From assembly GCF_048269545.1 (NCBI RefSeq), contig NZ_JBLXIJ010000001.1, positions 368,762-392,761 on the forward strand: a stretch of DNA of 24,000 nucleotides. The letters are read 5' to 3'. The translations under genes were made by a program, and so were the position numbers. Shown here one piece after another: positions 1-7,621 of this stretch; the first letter of the stretch is position 1; every line of letters begins with the position of its first letter. The stretch is from Halpernia sp. GTDB taxonomy: Bacteria > Bacteroidota > Bacteroidia > Flavobacteriales > Weeksellaceae. A model generated the notes under the pieces. The model ran no database searches and was not told the DNA's origin. It saw only the letters and a list, made by a program, of their open reading frames with translations.

Positions 1-1
1 A

Positions 2-859
2 CGTGCTTTTATCGGACCAATTGTGCCTTCAATGATTCCAAAAATAGTAAAACAAGAGAATTTAGCTTATGCAATAACATTAAATCAAGCGACATTTCTT
101 ATCGCAGCAGTTTGTGGACACGCAATTGGAGGTTTGCTTATTGCTTATATTACTTTAAAATGGACTTTAGTTGTAATAATTGGACTCGTTATTTTTGCCA
201 GTTTCTTTTTTTGGAAATTAAACAAACAAGAATCAGATTACGATAAAAAAGAAGTAAAAGTTTGGGAAAGTATGCGCGAAGGAATTCATTATATTTATAA
301 AACAAAAGAAATTTTGGGAGCGCTTTCTTTAGATATGTTTGCGGTTTTATTTGGTGGTGCAGTTGCAATGATTCCCGTTTACGCAAGTGATATTTTAAAA
401 GTAGGAGCAGAAGGTTTTGGTTTTTTAAATGCCGCTTCAGACATTGGTTCCATGTGTATTATTTTGCTTTTATCTTTAATTCCTTTACGCAAAAATCAAG
501 GTAAAATTTTATTAGCTGCAGTTGCGGGTTTCGGATTTTGCATCATGGGTTTTGGCTTTTCAGAATGGTACGCTTTATCCTTTTTCTTTTTAATGTTAAG
601 CGGAATGTTAGATGGAATTTCAGTAGTCATTCGTGGTACAATTGTTCAGTTGAAAACGCCAGATCATATTCGTGGTCGCGTTTTGAGTGTGAATTCTATT
701 TTTATAATGTCAAGTAACGAAATGGGTCAATTTGAAAGCGGGGTCGCTGCAAAATTAATGGGCGTTGTTCGCTCTGTAGTTTTTGGAGGGGTTATGACGG
801 TTTTAATTTCTGCTTTTGTGGCAACAAAATTTCCAAAACTTCGTAAAATGGAATATTAA
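2..859 (+). CDS. MFS transporter, C-terminal part (5' end lies outside the window)
   Basis: The reading frame is open from base 2, so the M at 23 is internal. The protein has a run of hydrophobic helices and a PDHIRGRVLSV-type loop typical of MFS_3/EntS-like transporters. Stop codon at 857-859. Confidence 0.7.
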   Translation, partial: RAFIGPIVPSMIPKIVKQENLAYAITLNQATFLIAAVCGHAIGGLLIAYITLKWTLVVIIGLVIFASFFFWKLNKQESDYDKKEVKVWESMREGIHYIYKTKEILGALSLDMFAVLFGGAVAMIPVYASDILKVGAEGFGFLNAASDIGSMCIILLLSLIPLRKNQGKILLAAVAGFGFCIMGFGFSEWYALSFFFLMLSGMLDGISVVIRGTIVQLKTPDHIRGRVLSVNSIFIMSSNEMGQFESGVAAKLMGVVRSVVFGGVMTVLISAFVATKFPKLRKMEY

Positions 860-900
860 ATTTTTGAAGCATTTCGTTTTTTGTTTTTTCCCATTTTACA

Positions 901-956
901 CCCGCTTTTCATTACAATCTTTTTTTTGAAAAAAAGGATTTCCATTTCAATCGGGG
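901..956. repeat. Imperfect 56-nt palindromic element in the MFS-dnaB spacer
   Basis: cccg(901-904) pairs with cggg(952-955). aatc(916-919) pairs with gatt(937-940). T8(920-927) pairs with A7(929-935). The arms also share a direct repeat, CATTACAATC and CATTTCAATC. Confidence 0.5.
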
Positions 957-1085
957 CTATAAGTTTGAGATTGTATTTTTCAACTTACTAACAATAATAA
1001 TTTTTTAATTAATTGAAAATTAATTATTTGTGCTACATTTTTTTATTTTGTTAGTTAGTAATTTTCCATCAAAGTTTTATTATTT

Positions 1086-1093
1086 TATCTTTG
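1086..1093 (+). promoter_or_regulatory. Bacteroidota sigma-A -7 box (TATCTTTG) upstream of dnaB
   Basis: Exact match to the TAnnTTTG consensus. It ends 4 nt before the dnaB ATG at 1098. I found no clear -33 TTG at canonical spacing. Confidence 0.5.
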
Positions 1094-1097
1094 TACC

Positions 1098-2681
1098 ATG
1101 TCACAAAAAGAAACACTTTCTTCACTCATCCACGGTAATTTTGCAAAAGAATTATCCATTTCTGATGGTAAAATGCCGCCGAATGCCGTAGAATTTGAGA
1201 AATTAGTTCTCGGTTCTTTCTTGATTGATAGAAAAGGTTTGGATTACGGAATTGATCTTTTACGTTCCGAAGTTTTTTATGATCCGCGTCATCAAGAAAT
1301 TTTTAAAGTGATAACTTCTTTATTTGAAGACAATGCGCCAGTTGATTTAATGACTGTAATTCAAGCCTTAAAAAAAACAGAACGTTTAAGTTCCGCAGGT
1401 GGCGATAATTATATTATAGATTTAACTTTAGCCGTAAGTTCTTCTGCGCATATTGAATATCACATTAGAATTGTTCTAGAAAAATTTATTTTGCGTTCTC
1501 TTATTAATGTTTCAGCAAATGTAATCGACAATTCTTATAAAGAAACTACCGATGTTTTTGAATTATTAGATAAAGCAGAACAATCTTTTTTTGAAATTAC
1601 AAACGGAACTATTAAAAAAGGATTTGACACCGCAAATTCTTTAGTAAAAGAAGCGATAGAAAAAATTAAATTATTACGAGACAAAGAAGGTATTTCCGGA
1701 ATACCTTCTGGTTTTACAGCAATTGATAAAGAAACCGGCGGTTGGCAAAATTCAGATTTAATTATTATTGCAGCAAGACCTGCAATGGGAAAAACTGCGT
1801 TTCTACTTTCAATGGCAAGAAATATTGCAGTAGAACATAAAATTCCTTTGGCTTTATTTTCTTTAGAAATGGCTTCTGTTCAATTAATTACAAGAATGAT
1901 TGCTTCAGAAACCGGCATTTCTTCTGAAAAATTACGGAAAGGTCAAATGACCGATGAAGAATGGGAAATTTTATTTAGAAATGTTTCCGAATTAGAAAAT
2001 GCTCCTTTATTTATTGATGAAACACCGTCACTTTCTGTTTTCGATTTTCGTGCAAAATGTCGAAGATTGGTTATGCAACACGGCGTGAAAATTATAATGG
2101 TAGATTATTTACAATTAATGACCGCTAATTCTGGAAAAGGTGGCGCAGGAAATAGAGAACAAGAGATTGCGACTATTTCCCGTTCATTAAAGGCTATTGC
2201 GAAAGAATTAAATGTTCCAGTAATTGCGCTTTCACAACTTTCAAGAAGTGTAGAGACAAGAACTGGGAAAAGACCACAACTTTCAGATTTACGAGAATCT
2301 GGCGCAATCGAACAAGATGCAGATATTGTATCTTTTATTTTCCGCCCAGAATATTATAAAATCGCCACTTGGGATAATGATCCAGAAGGTGAAGAATCTC
2401 ACACAGAAAATCAAGCAGAATTAATTATTGCAAAACATAGAAATGGCGCAACAGCTGATGTTCGATTATCTTTCTATAAGAATATTGCAAAATTTGCAGA
2501 CCTTAATTTATTTGGAGGTCCAAACGATTACCAAGCTTCTAATTTTGAAAAAAATGATCAACTTTCAGGTTTTGAAAAACTTAGAACAACCATAGATCCG
2601 GGAGCAGCTTTTGATTTACCTAAAAAACCAAACGTCTCTGGTTCCGCAATGAATAATGAAGACGACGGAATGCCGTTTTAA
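1098..2681 (+). CDS. dnaB: Replicative DNA helicase DnaB
   Basis: 527 aa. N-terminal DnaB domain (PPNAVEFEKLVLGSFL). Walker A (AARPAMGKTAF). RecA-like core motifs (SLEM, VDYLQLM, SQLSR, LRESGAIEQDAD). Confidence 0.95.
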   Translation: MSQKETLSSLIHGNFAKELSISDGKMPPNAVEFEKLVLGSFLIDRKGLDYGIDLLRSEVFYDPRHQEIFKVITSLFEDNAPVDLMTVIQALKKTERLSSAGGDNYIIDLTLAVSSSAHIEYHIRIVLEKFILRSLINVSANVIDNSYKETTDVFELLDKAEQSFFEITNGTIKKGFDTANSLVKEAIEKIKLLRDKEGISGIPSGFTAIDKETGGWQNSDLIIIAARPAMGKTAFLLSMARNIAVEHKIPLALFSLEMASVQLITRMIASETGISSEKLRKGQMTDEEWEILFRNVSELENAPLFIDETPSLSVFDFRAKCRRLVMQHGVKIIMVDYLQLMTANSGKGGAGNREQEIATISRSLKAIAKELNVPVIALSQLSRSVETRTGKRPQLSDLRESGAIEQDADIVSFIFRPEYYKIATWDNDPEGEESHTENQAELIIAKHRNGATADVRLSFYKNIAKFADLNLFGGPNDYQASNFEKNDQLSGFEKLRTTIDPGAAFDLPKKPNVSGSAMNNEDDGMPF

Positions 2682-2763
2682 AAATTTTTCTCGCAAAAGT
2701 CTAAAAAAATTTACTGAAAATTCTCACAGATATAGCAAATTTGGAATATTTTTTTTGCAATTT

Positions 2764-2790
2764 ATCTGCTTTATCTGTAAAATCTGCGAG
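2764..2790. repeat. Three tandem 9-bp units ATCTGYnnn (atctgcttt atctgtaaa atctgcgag)
   Basis: Read directly from the dnaB-rnhA intergenic region. A related ttctgcaag follows at 2799-2807. Confidence 0.6.
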
Positions 2791-2829
2791 AAAATAAGTT
2801 CTGCAAGAACAAATTAAAAGAATAAAATT

Positions 2830-3312
2830 TTGACAATTAATATTTACACAGACGGCGCATGCAGTGGAAATCCCGGAAAAGGTGGTTTTGGAATTGTAAT
2901 GGAAATGCCCGAAAAAAATTATTCTAAAAATTTTGCGCAAGGTTTTCGTTTGACTACAAACAATCGAATGGAACTTTTGGCGGTAATTGTTGGGTTAGAA
3001 CAACTTAAAAATGGGGAAGAAGACGTTCATGTTTTCACAGATAGCAAATATGTTTCTGAAGCGATTAACAAAAAATGGTTGCAAAACTGGGTGAAAATTG
3101 GGTTTAAAAATAAAAAAAACCCCGATTTGTGGCAACGTTTAATTCCTTTATTAAAGAAACACAAGGTTACATTTCATTGGATAAAAGGTCATGACGGACA
3201 TATTCAAAATGAAATTTGTGATAAAATTGCAGTAAAAGCTTCGCAAGGTGAAAATCTGGAAACTGATGATTATTTTGAAAACGCAAATAATGGAGGCCTT
3301 TTCCAGGAATAA
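2830..3312 (+). CDS. rnhA: Ribonuclease HI
   Basis: 160 aa. IYTDGACSGNPGKGGFG, NNRMEL, TDSKYV and HWIKGH motifs align with E. coli RNase HI. A TTG start is inferred because an in-frame TAA at 2815-2817 excludes any upstream ATG. Confidence 0.88.
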   Translation: MTINIYTDGACSGNPGKGGFGIVMEMPEKNYSKNFAQGFRLTTNNRMELLAVIVGLEQLKNGEEDVHVFTDSKYVSEAINKKWLQNWVKIGFKNKKNPDLWQRLIPLLKKHKVTFHWIKGHDGHIQNEICDKIAVKASQGENLETDDYFENANNGGLFQE

Positions 3313-3373
3313 TTTTAATCAAGATTGCAAAAAATCAGTAAACCTTTAAAGTAAATATCTTTTTTAAAATATT

Positions 3374-3381
3374 TATATTTG
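3374..3381 (+). promoter_or_regulatory. -7 box TATATTTG upstream of the nitroreductase gene
   Basis: Exact TAnnTTTG match ending 4 nt before the ATG at 3386. Confidence 0.5.
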
Positions 3382-3385
3382 TTAG

Positions 3386-4015
3386 ATGAATTACATAGAT
3401 GCTTTAAAACAGCGTTACTCAGTAAAAAAATTTAATAAAGAAATTCCCGTATCTCGGGAAAATTTGTCCCCCATTTTAGAAGCTGGAAAATTAGCGGCTA
3501 GTTCTTTGGGTTTACAACCTTACAGAATTTTGGTTGTAGAAAGTTCAGAAATTAAAGAAAAATTAATTCCTGCTTTTGGAAATCCTTCGCAAATTTCTAC
3601 TTGTTCACACTTAATAGTTTTAATTTCCCGAAAAAATATTGAAGCACATTATTTGGACGGCTATTTCAAACATATTACAGAAGTAAGAAAAACACCACCA
3701 GAAATTTTAGCTGGTTTTAGAAATTCTATAGATCATCATCTTGTAAATCTTCAAAAAAAAGAATTGGAAAGTTGGGCTGAAAAACAAACTTACATTGTTT
3801 TGGGGAATCTGATGTTTGCTGCAGCTTTAGAAAAAGTAGATTCTTGTCCGATGGAAGGTTTTGACGCAGAATTAATGGCTGAAATTTTAGATATAGATTC
3901 TGAAAAAGAAAAAGTCTGTGTCACTTTGGCTTTAGGTTACAGAGCAGATGACGATTTTTTTAAAACTTTAGAAAAGGTAAGAAAACCTGATGAAAAACTA
4001 TTTAAATTTTTGTAA
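3386..4015 (+). CDS. Nitroreductase-family NAD(P)H-dependent oxidoreductase
   Basis: 209 aa. The N-terminal RYSVKKF motif, SSLGLQPYRILVV and a C-terminal SCPMEGFD motif are typical of the nitroreductase fold. Confidence 0.8.
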   Translation: MNYIDALKQRYSVKKFNKEIPVSRENLSPILEAGKLAASSLGLQPYRILVVESSEIKEKLIPAFGNPSQISTCSHLIVLISRKNIEAHYLDGYFKHITEVRKTPPEILAGFRNSIDHHLVNLQKKELESWAEKQTYIVLGNLMFAAALEKVDSCPMEGFDAELMAEILDIDSEKEKVCVTLALGYRADDDFFKTLEKVRKPDEKLFKFL

Positions 4016-4084
4016 TTATTTGATGAAATATAAATATGTTATCAAACAATTAAATCAAATAAAATCACTTCAAAACATCTTTAA

Positions 4085-5656
4085 ATGATAAAAGCAGATG
4101 TTCTCGTAATCGGTTCTGGTATTTCCGGACTTTCTTACGCGATAAAGATTTCGGAGAAAATGCCCGAAGCTAAAATTATCATCGTTACAAAAGCCGATGA
4201 AGACGAAAGCAATACAAAATACGCACAAGGCGGTTTAGCTGTAGTAACAGATTTTGATCACGATACTTTCCAAAAACATATTGATGACACTATGCGCGCT
4301 GGAGATGGAGAAAACGATATTTCTATAGTAAAAATGGTAGTGGAAGAAGGCCCGAAACGATTTAAAGAATTGGTAGATTGGGGAACTAAATTTGATCAAA
4401 AAGATGGCGAATTAATGCTTGGAAGAGAAGGCGGTCACACAGAAAACAGAATTGTACATCATAAAGATATTACAGGATTTGAAATCGAACGTGCACTTTT
4501 AGAAACCGTAAATAATTCTGAAAATATTGAAATGTTGCCGTATCATTATGTGATAGATTTGATTACGCAACACCACGTTCCGGGAAAGGAATTGGATGAA
4601 GGAAATATCAGTTGTTATGGAGCTTATATTTTGGATGAAAAATCAAAAAAAATCAAAAAAATTACAGCAAAAATAACTTTGGTCGCAACTGGCGGTGCAG
4701 GTCACGTTTATAAAAATACGACCAATCCGATTATTGCAACTGGCGACGGAATTGCTTTCGTTTCTCGAGCAAAAGGAAAAGTTTCCAATATGCAATATTA
4801 CCAATTTCATCCGACGGCGCTTTACAGCAAAATTGATGGAATGTTGTTTTTAATTTCTGAAGCCGTTCGTGGTGATGGTGCAAAATTGCGCTTGAAAAAT
4901 GGAGAAGCTTTTATGGCAAAATATGATGTACGGGAAGAAATGGCGTCGCGCGATATTGTTGCAAGAGCAATTGATAATGAAATGAAAATTACGGGTGATG
5001 AATTTGTTGGTTTGGATTGCCGGAAAATGAACAAAGAGAAATTTTTAGAACATTTCCCAAATATTTATAAAAAATGTTTAGATGAAGGAATTGATCCATT
5101 TAAAGATTTAATTCCTGTAGTTCCTGCGTGTCATTATCTTTGTGGCGGAATTGAAATTGACAAAGACGGACAATCTTCTATAAAAAATCTTTTTGCAGTT
5201 GGAGAATGTACAAATTCTGGTTTACATGGCGCAAATCGTTTGGCTTCCAATTCTTTGCTGGAAGGTTTGGTTTTTGGTCATAATGCCGCAATGAAAACGG
5301 TAGAACTTTTAGAAAAAAATGAATTTAATTTTGAAGATTTAAAAGCAATTCCAGAATGGAATGAGGCCGGAATGAAAATGATGGATGAAATGGTTTTGGT
5401 AAGTTATCTTCGCAAGCAATTGCAAGAAATGATGAGCGATTTGGTGAGTATTGTGCGGAGTAATGAACGTTTAAAAATAGCATTAAACAAACAAAAAGAA
5501 ATTTCCGAAGCCGTAAAACAACTTTACAAATATTCGATTCTTTCGCCAAAACTTTCTGAGTTAAGAAATTTGGTAAATATTGCTGAACTTATTATCGTTC
5601 AGTCGATTGCGATGAATGAAAATAAAGGTGCTTTTTTTAATAAGGATTTGGTTTAA
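4085..5656 (+). CDS. nadB: L-aspartate oxidase
   Basis: 523 aa. FAD-binding VLVIGSGISGL, AQGGLA, HPTAL, and EAVRGDGA plus GLHGANRLASNSLLE motifs of the NadB/succinate dehydrogenase flavoprotein family. Confidence 0.9.
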   Translation: MIKADVLVIGSGISGLSYAIKISEKMPEAKIIIVTKADEDESNTKYAQGGLAVVTDFDHDTFQKHIDDTMRAGDGENDISIVKMVVEEGPKRFKELVDWGTKFDQKDGELMLGREGGHTENRIVHHKDITGFEIERALLETVNNSENIEMLPYHYVIDLITQHHVPGKELDEGNISCYGAYILDEKSKKIKKITAKITLVATGGAGHVYKNTTNPIIATGDGIAFVSRAKGKVSNMQYYQFHPTALYSKIDGMLFLISEAVRGDGAKLRLKNGEAFMAKYDVREEMASRDIVARAIDNEMKITGDEFVGLDCRKMNKEKFLEHFPNIYKKCLDEGIDPFKDLIPVVPACHYLCGGIEIDKDGQSSIKNLFAVGECTNSGLHGANRLASNSLLEGLVFGHNAAMKTVELLEKNEFNFEDLKAIPEWNEAGMKMMDEMVLVSYLRKQLQEMMSDLVSIVRSNERLKIALNKQKEISEAVKQLYKYSILSPKLSELRNLVNIAELIIVQSIAMNENKGAFFNKDLV

Positions 5657-5667
5657 ATAAAATTAAA

Positions 5668-6504
5668 ATGAAACTTTCCCCCATAATTTCCGCTAAAGAA
5701 TTACAAAAAATTCTATCTAAAGAAAATCTAATCATAGTAGATGCCGGAAGTGGCGGAAATTCTTATGATAATTTTTTAAAAAAACACCTTCAAAATGCAC
5801 TTTATGTTGATTTAAACAAAGATTTAGCAGCAGTTCCAGAAAATCCAAAATTTGGTGGAAGACACCCTTTGCCCAAGTTGGATGATTTTTTTAAAGTTTT
5901 GCAAAGATTAGGAATTTCAAAAAACTCACACATTATTATATATGATAATAAATTTGGTGCAAATGCAGCGTCAAGATTTTGGTGGATGTTGAAATCTGTA
6001 GGAATAGAAAACGTTCAGGTTTTAGACGGCGGTTTGCAAATGGCAGAGAAATTGGGATTTCCAATGGATTTTGTAGAAAATAAGGTTCAAGAAAATTCAG
6101 ATTTTAAATTATTAAATGAAAATCAAGATTGGACTTTTCCTCAAATTAATTTAGATTTTGTTAAAAATTTAAGTCAAAACCCAGAATTTACTTTAATTGA
6201 TGTTCGGGATAAAGCGAGATATGACGGTGAAACAGAACCAATTGATAAAATTGCGGGACATATTCCTTATGCTAAAAACTTACCTTTTAATGAAAATCTT
6301 AACGAGGATGGAACATTTAAAAAACCTGAAGTTTTAAAAGAACAGTTTAATCAATTTTTTAAAAATTATTTCGCTGAAAAAACTGCTATTAGTTGTGGTT
6401 CAGGAGTGACTGCGTGTCACACGATTTTAGCAATGGCTTATGCAGGATTTGAAATTCCAAAATTATATGTGGGTTCCTACAGTGAATGGATAAATCAAAA
6501 TTAA
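5668..6504 (+). CDS. Two-domain rhodanese sulfurtransferase (3-mercaptopyruvate sulfurtransferase-like)
   Basis: 278 aa with tandem rhodanese domains. The active-site loop CGSGVTACH matches the CG[SR]GVTA signature of SseA/MST-type enzymes. The gene starts 11 nt after the nadB stop. Confidence 0.8.
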   Translation: MKLSPIISAKELQKILSKENLIIVDAGSGGNSYDNFLKKHLQNALYVDLNKDLAAVPENPKFGGRHPLPKLDDFFKVLQRLGISKNSHIIIYDNKFGANAASRFWWMLKSVGIENVQVLDGGLQMAEKLGFPMDFVENKVQENSDFKLLNENQDWTFPQINLDFVKNLSQNPEFTLIDVRDKARYDGETEPIDKIAGHIPYAKNLPFNENLNEDGTFKKPEVLKEQFNQFFKNYFAEKTAISCGSGVTACHTILAMAYAGFEIPKLYVGSYSEWINQN

Positions 6505-6577
6505 ATTTATAATAATTTTATTTAAAATAAATGAAATCTGCAAGATTCGCGAATTCAAAAAAAGATATATAAAAAAG

Positions 6578-7444
6578 ATGAGCAAAAAACCAAAATACAT
6601 TACCGAAAAAGCTTTAAAAACTTTTATTAATAGCGCTTTAGAAGAAGACATCCAAAGTGGAGATCATTCTACTTTATCCACTATTCCAAAAGATTTGGTG
6701 CAAAGTGCACAACTTTTAGTAAAAGAGAATTGCATTTTGGCAGGCGTTGAAATGGCTAAAATTATTTTTAAAACTTTTGATAAAAATTTAGAAATAGAAG
6801 TTTTTATAAAAGATGGAGAAGAAGCAAGAGTTGGAGATATTGCTTTTATAATAAAAGGAAGCGCCCGTTCAATTTTATCTACGGAAAGATTAGTTTTAAA
6901 CTGTATGCAAAGAATGAGCGGTATCGCTACTTTAACGCATGAATGGGACGCAAGATTAATTGGTACAAAAACCAAACTTTTAGATACTCGGAAAACCACA
7001 CCAAATTTTAGAATTTGCGAAAAATGGGCCGTTGCAATTGGCGGTGGAACCAATCACAGATACGGACTTTATGACATGATCATGTTGAAAGACAACCACA
7101 TCGATTACAACGGAAGCATCACAAAAGCCGTTCAAATGGCAAAAGATTACGTCGAAGAAAAGAAACTAAAATTGAAAATTGAAGTTGAAACTAGAAATTT
7201 AGAAGAAGTTCAGGAAGCATTAATTGCAGGCGCAGATAGAATTATGCTTGATAATATGGATGTTTCGATGATGAAAAAAGCAGTAGAAATAATTAAGGGA
7301 AAATGTGAAACTGAAGCTTCCGGTGGGATTTTGCGAGAAAATATAAAAGAAATTGCATCAACTGGCGTTACTTTTATATCTTCAGGTGCGCTTACTCATT
7401 CGGCTAAAAATATTGATTTAAGTTTAAAGGCGGTAAAAAATTAG
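6578..7444 (+). CDS. nadC: Nicotinate-nucleotide pyrophosphorylase (carboxylating), quinolinate phosphoribosyltransferase
   Basis: 288 aa. LLDTRKTTPNFR, KWAVAIGGGTNHRYGLYD, MLKDNH, MLDNM and EASGG motifs characteristic of NadC. Confidence 0.9.
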   Translation: MSKKPKYITEKALKTFINSALEEDIQSGDHSTLSTIPKDLVQSAQLLVKENCILAGVEMAKIIFKTFDKNLEIEVFIKDGEEARVGDIAFIIKGSARSILSTERLVLNCMQRMSGIATLTHEWDARLIGTKTKLLDTRKTTPNFRICEKWAVAIGGGTNHRYGLYDMIMLKDNHIDYNGSITKAVQMAKDYVEEKKLKLKIEVETRNLEEVQEALIAGADRIMLDNMDVSMMKKAVEIIKGKCETEASGGILRENIKEIASTGVTFISSGALTHSAKNIDLSLKAVKN

Positions 7445-7621
7445 GTTTTTCGCATTTTTAAAAAAGTTACACATGTCAGTTCCACGCTTATAATAGTCTG
7501 CAAGCCAATTTTATAATAAATAAGTTAACAAAATATTAAAATTTAACATTTTGTTAATGATAGTTTCAAAAAAAAAAACGATTTTTGCACCAAACTTAGA
7601 TACTCTAAAAAACAATTAATT

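Noticed and set aside
23-25. ATG at 23 as the true start of the MFS transporter, and ATG at 23852 as the start of the minus-strand receptor
   Set aside because: Both frames stay open to the window edges and the encoded proteins would lack their N-terminal parts. They are treated as partial genes.
2762-2781. TTATCTGCT / TTATCTGTA read as DnaA boxes (possible origin element next to dnaB)
   Set aside because: Only the TTATC half matches the TTATCCACA consensus. There is no AT-rich unwinding element or dnaA/dnaN context.
2686-2794. Perfect 10-bp inverted repeat TTTTCTCGCA / TGCGAGAAAA separated by 89 nt in the dnaB-rnhA spacer
   Set aside because: The arms are far apart and not extendable. A match of this length at this distance is roughly what chance predicts in a 24-kb AT-rich window.
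7445-7621. Riboswitch (for example cobalamin or another cofactor) in the 177-nt leader of the TonB-dependent receptor
   Set aside because: The spacer is almost entirely A/T and lacks the GC-rich conserved cores of known riboswitch classes. Only a simple inverted repeat is present, and it is reported separately.
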